A DNA stretch of 64,000 nucleotides from Vitrella brassicaformis CCMP3155. Its lineage: Eukaryota > Protista > Chromerida. The DNA lies in contig CDMY01000013.1 in assembly GCA_001179505.1 (NCBI GenBank), positions 62,001 to 126,000 of the forward strand, read 5' to 3'. Under the pieces are notes generated by a model. That model ran no database searches. It was given only the letters and a program-made list of their open reading frames with translations, and was not told the origin of the DNA. The position numbers were made by a program, and so were the translations under genes. This document shows positions 36,513 to 48,317 of the stretch, in pieces. Within the stretch, counting starts at the first letter, position 1, and every line of letters begins with the position of its first letter.

Positions 36513-36755
36513 TGTGGGCGTGCAGAGACAATCACTCATTGACTGATGTGGGTACCTTCTTTGTGTCCATCAGTGGTGGCCTCTGGTACCTCGGGAATGA
36601 CGCCACTAGCGCGGAGCGAGCCCACGGCACGCTGCAGGCGGACAATCTCTGCGCAGGCACGACACTTTGTCACTCAACCTGGCCACAGACTGACAGCCGC
36701 ACCGAGACGCAACAGCCAGAAGCAAGAGAGCAATGAGCACGCTGAGACGAGCCAT
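35550..36755 (-). CDS. Secreted coiled-coil hypothetical protein
   Basis: Signal peptide MARLSVLIALLLLAVASRCGCQS. Spliced exons ...GHKE|AVMDAESRLKAKEADLRAVE...KTQR|EAAESAVLEDARAAAE...MLKQ|AQLLLRKKKRE...RYK|GELSDFERG...PQADAK*. The first intron is ambiguous. Confidence 0.7.
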
Positions 36756-37147
36756 GACGTCAAGCAAACAGTCGCTTGAGTCAAGGCTTTGGGTTGAATA
36801 TGTGCTTCACTTACGGCTGTCGATCGTATCGTGCTGTGTACGTATGTGTGACAGACAAATACGTATGCGTCCACACGTTGGTACGATCGATTCTTTGATG
36901 TGATGTTTCTTTGTTTGTTGGGTGTGCATGTATATATCGGCTATCCTTAACACCGGCCGATGTGTTGGTACGATCGATCAGTGTCTGCGTCTCGAGCCCT
37001 GCCATAGAATACAGCAGACAGAGCCAGCGCATGCACTAATGCACGCATGTCGTAGTCACAAGACCTCACAACGTACGGCCAGTCAGTCAGTTAGTCATTC
37101 AGCCACACATCGTGTCGGTCGTTTATCTCTCTCTGTCTCGAACCGAT

Positions 37148-40100
37148 CTATCTGTGTGTCATGCAGGCCTGAGCCGCGTGCTGCGCCACGAAGAAGTGAT
37201 ACTGGCCCGGATGCCCGCCGCTCACGAGCTGTAAGAGCTGCCCTCCTCTCGGCGACTGCACCGCACCACCGATGCTCCCTCCGTGGTACTGCGTGTGGGG
37301 CAGCTGGTGATGATGCTGATCTGTGGCAGGATCGTAGATGAGAGGATGGCGCATTGGAGGAGGCGAAGCTGCGATACGGGGCGGCAGGTGCGCATAGCTC
37401 TGGAAGGCCACGAGTCCGGACGCCGATGCCGGTTTGGGTATGCCGATGGTGCTGGTAGACGGATGGTGGAAGAGTGCGGTGCTGCCAGCCACTTTAGCTC
37501 CGTCTCGCGCCATGCTGCTGCCGCCCTTCAGGTTCAGCGCAGGCGCGTTCAGTGACTGCAGGTTCAGTCGCGGCACGGTGGCCTTTGGGTGGTTGGCTTG
37601 TGCGTCTGGGGACCTCTTCTTGAAGAGCGCCTGAGCTGGCCGTCCACTGAAGCCATCGAGTGATGGCGCACGGGGCGCCGGGGGCGGAAGTTCTTCATTC
37701 TGCTGCTGGTCTCTTGGGGACTGAGGGGCGTATTGAGTGACTCGATTGGGTTGTGCCTGCTCTCGGGAGGGAGACGGCTGCAGATGGAATGCGGGAGGCT
37801 GCAGGGCGATGTAGCTGTCATAGCGCGAAAGGGGTGCCCTTCCACGGCCATGTCCAGGATAGTGATGGCTTTCCTGAATCCGTGGCCCCATCACGGCTCG
37901 TGTGCCGCCTCCCTGGCCCCGTGGCGACAAGTTGTTGGCTGTCGCGCTGGGCCGGGTGGTCTCTCGCATTACCATCATTCGCGTGAGGTCCCCTCGCTGC
38001 GGCGTCATGTGTGTCCTCGCCGTCTGCAGGGGCGGCACGTAGAGGGGGATTGCCGCATCCCGATGGGCCGGTGGATAGGGGGGATGGGGCGCCAGACCAT
38101 AGCAGGCGTGCTTGGGCGGGGTGGGGCACGGTACTGGCACATGAGGTCGGTGGTGCTGGTGCTGGTGGTGTATATGCGGCGGCACGGCCATCCACTGCTC
38201 GTGGCCTCCATGAAATGGGTAGTCCATGAAATGCGCCGTCGACGCCGAGTTCTTGAGTTGCGTGTGGTGGACGGGTGGCGGCCGATGGTGCGCAGGGCCG
38301 CCTTGCAAGAGATCGGTGCTGCTCATGCAGTGGGCAAAGTGCGGAGCATGTGGCTTCGGCCGATGGGTAGCATTGCGGCTGCGGGAGTAATGTCGGTAGC
38401 GGTCATCAGCCATCGAGAAAGGCCGGTTTGGCTCCTCAATATATGGGGCTGGCGGCACTCCCACCCCCGTCAGCTGCTGGTAGATGGCGTGTGCGATGGA
38501 GTTGGCGTCTCCCTGCGCGTGGGGATTCATGGCGAACTGGGCTTGGAGACGCCTGCTCTCGGCCTCGACGGCATACTGCTGCTGCAGCTTCTGCACTCTG
38601 CATGATAGTACGAAAGGGGGACATGAGACACGAACAACACACGAGAGAGAATCGTGTGGCTCTTGCTCACATGTATCGATTGCCGTAGGGGTCCACTTCC
38701 CGGTCAGGATGCGCCGTCGTAAAGAACCTCTCCCACTCCTGCAGACAAAAACGCTGCTTTATGGTCCCAAGGGACAGGGTAGTTGGAACAGTGTCGTGAA
38801 GGCCCACGGCGAGATCATATGCGTCGGCCGGTTCTGCGCCGAGGCCCACGTTGTGCTGGAGGAGCCACGCCAGAGACCCCACATATGGAAAAGGAAGGCT
38901 CTGAACACAAGCAGAGTCGGACACCACAAAAAAGCAGGCAGGCCCCTCGGCCACTCATGGTGAGTGAAGGATGACCAAACGCTTCCTTGACTAAACTACA
39001 CGGCTTGCCTCTCCATATGCGACAAACTTTCTCCTGAACGTCCAGAGCTTCCACTTGTGCTGAATCTTCCCCGCCGCAAGCTGCCGCCTCAGCTGCATCA
39101 TCAACATATCCTTCCTCGCCTGCCAGTCGCCATCCCTCGATCCCTTGCCCGTCCCCCGCCTCGGGTCTTTCTTGATGGGCGAATCGGGTTTCTCGTCCAT
39201 GGCGTCTTCCTGGTGGTCAGTAGGAGCCACGCGCTGACGCATCAGGTGGTCAAACCACTTGTAGCGCGTCTGCAAGTGGGGGAAGTCGCGCTTGGCCTGT
39301 GCACGAAGGGCGGCGAAGTCCCTGCGTACATCAACGAAGAGGATGTGCACATATCGGCGACAGCAAGAGAGATAGACAAAGAGAGAGGCCACCCACCTCT
39401 CCAGGGAAAGGCTTTCCAGTTGCAGCTCGGCCACCTCCGCACACAGAGTCTCACGCCTGTGTCTCTCCGCCAGCCGTTTCGAGTCGTCCCGAGCCGACAT
39501 GGGCCGCCTCTCGGCCTCTTTCAGTATATGAAGTGGCAGCTTGAGGGCCGATGTGGTCAGCCGTTTCTGTCGCCTGTCTGGTGTGACAATGAGGTGGCCG
39601 CTAGAGTTGAGGGATGAGTTCTCTCCGCTGGATGTGGACGTAATGGACCGGTGGCGATCGGTAGGGCGAGGGTGGGGCTTGTCGTGAGTTGTATCCACAG
39701 AGGGGTGGTCGGATGGGTGGTCCATCGACTGTGAGAAAGAAAAGAGACATCCGGCCAGTTTCCTACCACTCCCATTCTCACTCACCCCATGTTTCTGCTG
39801 TTTGTCCGGTTGCGTGTCTCCCTCATCTTCACCCATGGCATGCCGCCTGTGCTGCAGTCCCAGAGCGGTCATCCCGCGGCGGACATCCCTGACCTCACCG
39901 CCACTGCCGCCCCCATCCCTATCCTCCTCCCCATCTTCCTCAGGCACCCTCCCCAGCACTGGAGCGGCTGCGCTCCGCCTCACCTGCCGCTCCCTCTCAG
40001 CCGCGGGAGACAGGTCATACGCCCCATCGTGTTCAGTCACCATCCCCTCCGCAACACAGATCTCGCGACGCAGTTCAAGCTTCAGCCGGTCGGGCCGCGA

Positions 40101-41390
40101 GTCCGCCGGCAGACTGAGACGTGGGGCGTCCTTCCAGACCTTCTTGCGCCCGTGGGCGTTGACCTCGTCCGTGTCTCCCTCCTCTGCTCGCTTGTCCTTC
40201 TGTCCAGTGCGTCTCGGTGTCAGAGGCAGGGAGGGAGTCTGTCGCTTCCCGCTACTTTTCTGGCCAACAGGCGGGGGAGGCGGAACGTATATCGGCGCTG
40301 GCGCAGGGGGCGGGGGAGGAGTGGGGCGGTCTGCTGCACGTTTCCGTGTGTCAGGAGTGGCCTGGGGTGCAGGAGTGATACCCAGAAGGCCAGAACCTCC
40401 TCTGCTGCCTTTCTGTGCCGATAGAGGGAGCTGGTAGTGGCTCATCGCGCCCCGACTGGCCTCCACTCCTCCTTGTTTTGGCGTCTCCTCGTGTTTCTTG
40501 GCCCTCGAGTGAGAGTCGAGACGAAGAGAGGGCCCTGGGATGTATGCAGGCCTCGGAAGGACGGATGGGTCGGGAATGCACGGGCTGTCCTCCTCTTCAG
40601 GGGTGACCGTCCGCTTGCGCATCTGTCTGGTGCCAGCAGCAGCAGCCCGATCACGGTCCTCTCGGCTGGCCCCCGCCCTCGCTCTCCCATCTGCTGACCC
40701 ATCGGTCTCACTCGTCCGTGCCAGTACCGCTCTCGTCGCTTTCTTGGGATTGGCGAGCTTGAGCTGCACCTTCTGCGTTGCCACAGCAGGGCTGTGGGGT
40801 CCAGGTCGACGTGGGAGACCAGCCGACGGCCCGGCCCCCTTCCCGATGTTGGCCATCGTTGTCTGCCTGTTCATCCGCATGGCCGCCGACTCTTCCTTCG
40901 GCAGCAGCAGCGATTGCTTCAGTGTCTTGGTGAGCATGGGTCCAGGCGGCTGGTTCGCAGAAGTTGCCAGCACACTTGCGCGGAAATCGGGTCGGCCAGA
41001 GAGAGTGACGGGTGGTTGGTTCATCGGGGCGTGAGAGCACTTCTTGGGCTGATAGTAGAAGGCAGGGGATGGGCCAGCGGCTGGCCCGTTGCGCACGAGA
41101 CGGGGACTCATCAGGCGAACGACGTTACTGCTGGGTGGTGGGCCTTGGCTGATTCGGGGCTGGGGCAGGTCGTAAAGGGCCAGGCTCAGCGAAGGCGCGG
41201 GGATGTTGGCAGTAGGCAGCGGGTGGGGGAAGTGTGGCTGCTGCTGGAGGGAAGCTCTCGTCATGTGTGCGCGAGACGGTGTGAGGTCGAATGGGGAGCC
41301 GCCGTGTGAGGACGAGAGCTGCCGATGGGTGGGAGTGGCATTGTGTGTCAGATGAAAGATGTTGGCAGGGGCCTCACTGCCGTTCAGCAT
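37148..41390 (-). CDS. Large low-complexity (Pro/Ser/His-rich) protein with a central IQ-like motif
   Basis: ORFs 38991-41390, 38667-38954 and 37148-38596 join in phase (..AYGE|SLPFPY..; ..GNRY I|VQKLQQQ..). IQ-like motif AAGKIQHKWKLWTFRRKF. Confidence 0.7.
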
Positions 41391-41750
41391 AGCTGCGCCC
41401 TCTCCTTAGTGGCGAGTCGGATGGTACGAATGCCGTCAGAGAGGAGAGGGGGAGATGGGGGCCCTGTGACGGAAGACGAGACAGATCTCTGAAGTGGGGC
41501 ACTCTTTGTTGATTTGCAATGTCAAATGACTGATCAATGGTCACAGGCATACCAAACAGCCTCCAGAGGCTGAGGGCGGAAATGCAGAAATCTGGGGTTA
41601 TAGGGTACGAAACCCTTTGAATCCCCACGTTGCACCGTATATGCGGTGTCCCTATCGATGCCCGTGTGTCGTTTGCGCAGCACATGCTGGCCCGTGTCGC
41701 GGCGCCATCGACAGCTCGACAGCCGCTGTCAGGCGGAGCCCGTTTGGTAG

Positions 41751-44006
41751 ATGAACAGTTGGGCGATGAGTGAGTCGGCATCCAAGCGACAGAGGCGGGC
41801 GGCGGCGGAGAGAGCGGAGGATGACTCCGAAGACGGACACGACGAGGCGATGATGGACACCAACAGCTTGCAGCAGCAGAAGCAGCAGAAGCAGGCCACG
41901 CCATCGCACTCCATAGATCTGGAGGCCTTCGCACAGCGATTCAGCCAAATAGTAAGACCTGTGCGATCAGATGCACCAAACGGTTAGCACACATCGTTAT
42001 TGTTTCCTCTGTGTGTGGTGTGTGTTTGTCGACGCAGCCTGTTGTCGTTGCCTACGTGTTCTCATTCGTGTCGCTCCATTTGGTGGCGGCGCTGCCGCAG
42101 CGGCCCTGGCGCCACGTCGGCTGCCAGATCACCCATTTGGTGATGGATGCCTACGACACGGCCGAGCGGCGATTCTGGTGCGGCCTGTCGTTCAGCGATG
42201 TCTTCGAGTGGGGGAGGCGGCTCACGGGGCTCGAGTCCATTGTCGTCCGGTGTCCCTTTGTCTTCCATCTCCCGGGCCGTCTCAGTCTGCCCGTCCCAGT
42301 CACTTCCTATGGCCTCCCGGCGCGGATAGATGACAAGATCGTCACGGCATTGGTGGAGGGGCACAGCGAGGGACGGAGAGCCGCAGCGGCCACAGCGGCC
42401 ACAGCAGCCGGGCAGCAGGCGCCAACCACCTTGGAGTCGATAGAATTCAGCAAATTCGACTCGACCATAGTCGTCGACGAGGCCGAGGGTCGCGACATCA
42501 TAGCTGCCGAGCAGCGGGTGGCGGCCCTCCCTCGTCCCCTCGACCCGGCCCCCACCCTCACATCCCTCACATCCATCACAGTGCAGTCGTTTTCTGGGTG
42601 TCCCGGCCGTGGGCGGCACTGGCGGCTGCCGTCACTCGAGAGGGTGGTGCAGATAGACGGGAGGGTGCGGTCGGAGGTGTTGGGGGGGCTGTTTGCCACG
42701 TCACGACGCCTCAAGGAGCTGCACGTGAAATGCCGCCCTAACGCCATGGCGGACTCGCTGAGGTGCATCCCCACAGCAGCTGCGGGTCAGCCGGGGCCGC
42801 TGTCGCAGCTGGAGCACATCGGGACCCTCTGCATGCCGAGTGCTAGCGCTGAGGGTCTGCAGCGCCTTCAGGTATGCGACGAACCACACAAGACACACAA
42901 GGCCAGAGAGGGAGGGCGAGAGCTTGCTTGTGATGTTCGTGTGTCTGTGTGCAGGCTGTCCTCGTCGACCGTGGCTGCCGCTCCATCAAGAAGCTCAGCG
43001 TCAAGATCGAGGGCTCCGACATCGACAGACGTATCGACAGCCGCATCTTCGAGACCCTGCGGGCCATCGGGGCCTTCACCCGCACCGTGTGTGTGAGGCC
43101 CGACATCCCCATCGACATCAAGACGCGCCAGAACTTCGACCTCTCTCTCCTGTGTGAGGTCCCCACCCGCCCGGAGCCCTCCCCCTTCGTGCAGAGGCGC
43201 CTCCAGCAGCTGGCCGCCGCATCAGAGAGAGCCTGCTTCACCATCCGCCCCCACCATCTCACCACCCCTCTCGACACGCCCAGCCCCGCTGCTCGGTCCC
43301 TCGCACACTGCCTGACATTCCCCAAAGCGGAGAGGGTGATTATCGAGGATGGTGACCACTTGGAACCTGACGCCGAGCAGCCCGACCCAGTAGTGCTCGA
43401 CAGCATGCCCCCCAACGCATTCCCCGCCGCATCGTTGCTGTGCACCTACAGCAGCAAGGGGCTCGCGATCAGCCGCAGGCTGGTGACAAAGATGCCCGTC
43501 GTGAAGAGCATCTTCTTACGGAAGCCGACAGAGCAAGCGGTGACGGTGCTGCAGGCATTGGGTGGGGAGAGGGAGTTGAAGTCCTTCCATGCCGACTTCG
43601 TGAAGGGTGTGGGTGAGGGGGGGCTCACGTGGGGGGACGTGGCGGCTGCCGGCCATCTCAGAACTGCGTATTAGTGTAGAAGGTGAGCTGCAAATAATCG
43701 CTTGTACCAGCCTGCTGACCGTTGTGGTGACTACTGCCTCTCTCTCTCTGTCTGTGTGCAGTGCCCGAGGATTTGGGCGATGGCGATGCCGCTGGCGAGT
43801 TCGGCATCGCGTGCGTCAAGTCCCTGCTCAAGATCCGCGGCATCAAGAAGCTCACCTTCAAGCCGCTGCCCAGCGACGCCTTCAAGCGGCTGGTGGAGGA
43901 GCGGACACACGGCGACGCCATCGAGGGTATTGAGGGCCGGTACGACATCAGCTGGACGGGGGGATATCTTGAAAATACGCTCACTCTCAAGCGGCTTGAC
44001 GCCTGA
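41751..44006 (+). pseudogene. Copy B of the F-box-like/LRR-like family; one frameshift at the end of exon 3 (truncated gene or pseudogene)
   Basis: Four exons. Exon 3 ends at TAG 43672-43674 while the homologous LPAISELRISVE|VPEDLG lies in another frame (5 nt shorter than copy C at about 43636-43650). The last exon is intact to LTLKRLDA*. Confidence 0.65.
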
Positions 44007-45395
44007 CAGAAGATTACAGGTACGATATGGCTATCCTGCGTCGATGTGTGTGATGTCCTGCAGTGTTGGTTTCATGTGTGTATGTCAGGTCGGCCCATCT
44101 ATAGCTGATGTGTAGAATGAGCTGCAGAGAGAGGGAGGGAGGGATGGGTGCCGTGCCACGGTCATGGAGGGGTGCTCTCGTGTGCGGAGACGGCAGCAGT
44201 GAATGGGTCTTGATAGACAGCTACATGACATGACGGCCCCCCCGTGGCTGTCCATACGTGTCTGTCTGCCTCTCTGGATGAGGGCTGCGTAGAGATGTGA
44301 ACGACTCCTTAATTGCATGGGCGGCTGGAATTGAGCGTGTGTGCTTATGTATTATATATGTCTGTCTCTCTCTCGCTGCCTGCCTGGCCGTCTGATGATT
44401 CGGAAAAGTTGACAGCTCGCGGACAAAGGCTGCCGTGTCTATATCGGAGTTGATGAATCGGAGGGTGGTGTTGTCTGGCTTGAAGAGAGAGTCATGGAGT
44501 TTTGAGTGAGTGAGTGACTGCATGTGGACTCATTTCTGTGCATCGAATCGATCGATGTGCACTATATTCCCCACACGTGCGGACATGAGCAATACAATGC
44601 AATCAATGCTCACACACACACGTCTGTCAGTCAGTCCATCACAACAGCCAGGCAGACAGGCCGGTACACACGCATGGACTACACACACAGAGGAGAGAGC
44701 GACCGATCTCAGCCATTCCTCCATGACATACCACACACACACACACACACACAAATACACACATACACAGAGCAGCGAGAGAGGGCGGGCGGCCGGGCGG
44801 TGTCCCACAAATGGAGGGGGCCTGACACGTCACTGCGTGAAGGTACATCCATTGTTTGTGTGTGGTGTGTGCGATCAGACAGGCGGCGAGGGTGCATGTC
44901 CCCTCGACGCAATCGACTATTAAGGATAGATCGCTGCCGTTGATGCATTGATGACAATCGTTGCCTACCTTCTATAATATCCGCTGGTTGTGTCTCCGAC
45001 TTTGGTGCATTGAGGTGACGACAGACGATGGATGCTGGCGGGGTGGGCAAAGACTGATTTAGCAGGCTGACATTGATGGCCGTGCTTGCAGTGACTTTCT
45101 TGCACATACATGCAATGGATTGATGCGGTATGCATACGCCCACTGATGCACACATGAATGGAGTCGGTCTTTCGGTCTGTGGTCACTGTTCGATAGTCAT
45201 CTGTCTGTCATCATCTTCACCATCGGATGGACGGGCGACTCTCACTCATCGATACAACGCAATCTGTCGACGAACAGGAAATGACATGACACGCCGCCAC
45301 ACAAAGGTCAGGGTGTCCCGTACCTAGATGGACTTTGGCTTCAGCAGAAGGCATGCCCGACCATGTCGCAAGGCAACAATTCCCATCCATGCCGT

Positions 45396-47711
45396 CTACC
45401 CGATTGTGCCGAAGCGTCCAGGAAGGCCCTCGATGGTGTGGCCGTGTGTCCGCTCCTCCACCAGCCGCTCGAAGGAATCGAAGGCAGCCGGAGGCTCCAG
45501 CCGGAACTTGAGCTCCTCGATGCCGCGGATCTTGAGCAGAGACGACACACACGAAACGCCGAATTCGCCGGCGGCATCGCCATCGCCCAAATCCTCGGGC
45601 ACTGCACACACGCGCACACACACACACACACACACACACAGGCCGCCATTGCAGCGACATTCAGCGAGGACAGCAAGCCGATGACAGACACTCTCTGCAG
45701 TTTACCCTCAACGCAAACATGCAGCCGCTCGATGCTCGGCAGCTCGCCCGCCTTGTCTCCCCACCGAAGCCCCTCCTCACTCACACCCCTCATGTGCCTG
45801 ACCTCACACCGCACCGGGCCGCCGCCGCCGCCCACTGCCTCCAGCACCCCCACCGTATCCGCCTCTATCGTCTCATGCAGCTCGATATCTCTGACCGCCG
45901 GCATCTTCGACGCCAGCTTTTTGCCGATCGCGTACGCCTTGCTGCTGTAGATGTAGAGGCGCGATGCGGTGGGAAATGCGCTGGCGGGCAGCTTGTCGAT
46001 CACCGTGGGGTTGGGCGGCTCGGCGTCAGCGTCAGGCTCCCACTGGGCCCCCAAGAAGCCCTCCTGCTCGAAGACCTCCACTTGGTCTGCCTTGAGGAAG
46101 GTCATGGATTGGGCGAGGGCCACGGCAGATGGGCTGGGTGTGTCGAGGGGGTGGTGAAGTGGTGGGGGCCGATGACGAAGCACGCCGTCGGTGTGTCGGC
46201 GGCCAGCTGCTGGAGGCGCTTCTGCATGAAGGGGGAGGGGGAGGGGCGGGTGGGGACGCTGCACAGCAGAGAGAGGTCGAAGATCGGGACGGCCCGCTCC
46301 GACATCGCGTCGTAGACATTGATGCTGACGGGGATGTCGGGCTTCACACACACGGTGCGCGTGAAGGCCTCCATGGCCGACAGCGCCGGGAAGATGTCCT
46401 GGTCAACGGGTCGGGTCCATCGATGAAATCCACATTGAGCTGCTTGATGGAATGACACCCACGCTCAACAAGCACGGCCTGAGAGGAATGACACAGACGG
46501 TACGGTGCACCACTCATCCCCTTCTGTGTGTGTTGTGTGCATCTACCTGTAGCCGCTCGAGTCCGTTGCGCCATTGGTTGATACTGATGTGCTCCGACTG
46601 CCCCAAGACGCCGAGTGTGCCGACGAGCTCCAGCTGTGAGAGGGGGCCGGGCTGCCCACCTCCTGCTGCCACGGGGATGACCGTCAACGACTCGGCCAGG
46701 ATGTCGGGCCGTATCTCCATGTCGAGGCCCTTGAGGTGCTGTGCCGTCCGCACGAGAGGCCCAAGCACCTCGGCAGAGTCGAACTCGCCATAGTAGGCCG
46801 CCTGCACCGTGCGGAGGGACGGCAGCTGCCAGAGTCTATCATGGCGCGGGCAGTGCTTCTCGCTGAGGCCGGTGATGGATGTGAGGGCTGAGAGGGTGGG
46901 GGGAGGGTCGAGGGGAGGGGGGAGGGTGGGTGGGTTCTCTGCAATGGCCGTCACTTCGCTCATCTCGTCCATGTCGATGTCTCCTGTGGTATCACCTTCA
47001 TAACCATAGTCACCTGAATGTCCATTCACGCAAATGTGTACAGACATCTCTGGACATTCTCTTCTCATGGACGCACCTGGTGGGTCAAAGTCGTCAAATG
47101 CGATGGACTCGAGTGTGCCTCCCCCCGCCTGCGCCGCCCTGCGTCCCTCTGCATGCCCCTCCACCACTGCCGTGACTTTGTCGTTCATCGCACGCTGCAG
47201 CCCCTTTCCGTAGTCCATCCGATCCCTCCATGCCCATGCCGACTGGTCGGGCACGTAGCGGAGGCATCGAACGACAATGGATTGGAGCCCCGTCAGCCGC
47301 CGGCCCCACTCGAAGGCATCGCTGAACGACAGGCGGCACCAGAAGCGCCGCTCGGCCGTGCAGTAGGTGTCCATCACCAAATGGGTGACCTGCGCGCAGA
47401 CGTGGCGCCACAGCCGCTGGGGCAGCGCCGCCACCGAATGGAGGACACGAATGAGAACACACAACCAATGATAACAGGCTGCATGAACAACACACACAAC
47501 AAGGCAATGATGCATACGAGTGTGCTTGTGGGGAGCTTTGTGAGTGCATCTTTCATCGTACGATCTGGCTGAAGCGCTGAGCAAAGGCGCCGACATCCAC
47601 GCTGTGCTGCGCATCGTCGGACGTCTGGCCAGCATCCATCCCCGCCTCCTCGCTAAAATCGTCGCGCCGCACCGCGGCCGTTCTCTGCCGTTTCGGTGCG
47701 ACTTTGCTCAT
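45396..47711 (-). pseudogene. Copy C of the F-box-like/LRR-like family; two frameshifts
   Basis: Exon 1 MSKVAPKRQR...AFAQRFSQIVR. Homology is split across three frames by a GACCC tandem duplication (46408-46417) and a 1-nt loss in a C run (46147-46151). Confidence 0.8.
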
Positions 47712-48282
47712 TTCTTTTTGTGCAAAAAGGCAGCCGCGCGTCAAAAGGCCATGCTTGCTTGTAAACTTGAATTCCGGAGGCATGAAGAACGAATGCTCAG
47801 TGAAATGAATTCTCCGTTTGCTTGCTCTTTCGCTGTGTTTGTCTGCTGTGTGTCCATGGCCACCGATGGAAATCGCCCGGCCCTTCCGGTCCGCCAAACA
47901 AACAAATCAATCAAAGGCAAGCAATCGTCAGAACCAAGCATGCACCTCTCGTTGGCACCCTCTCATGACAGAGTGACTGACTGCAGGTGCTCCGCATCGT
48001 CTCATTCGCAGTCAGAAGGGCCTCCTCACAGCCAGCCCAACGCGTCACGCCGTGGATGACCTCACACACGCACGACACCACTAACGCCACCCACACTGAA
48101 ACACCGCAGCTGAGTGCCGGCGCCCTGTGTGTGTGTCTGTGTCGGCTGTTTTGTGTTGAATGCAGACTAGGCGTCGTCTGCGGGCGTCAAGTACGGCTCG
48201 GGCAGTGGGCGACAGGCTGCATACGGTGACCACAGAGGCAGAGTGTCAATCAACATCCCATACACTTACTGCCAGTCGTCCA

Positions 48283-48317
<35 letters not shown>

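Larger units (their letters stand above)
33832..36555. repeat. Inverted repeat pair (arms about 33832-34300 and 36059-36555) with an apparently identical ~200-bp core
   Basis: The reverse complement of 36253-36453 matches 33910-34110 base for base on manual comparison. Flanking parts of the arms are more diverged. Confidence 0.92.

Noticed and set aside
33832-36555. Inverted arms as transposon terminal inverted repeats capturing PIG-F
   Set aside because: The arms are exon/intron sequence of a host gene. No transposase or target-site duplication was seen.
30441-47711. The triplicated family as a transposable element
   Set aside because: No RT, integrase, transposase or helicase motifs, LTRs or TIRs. 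Spliceosomal introns are conserved among copies.
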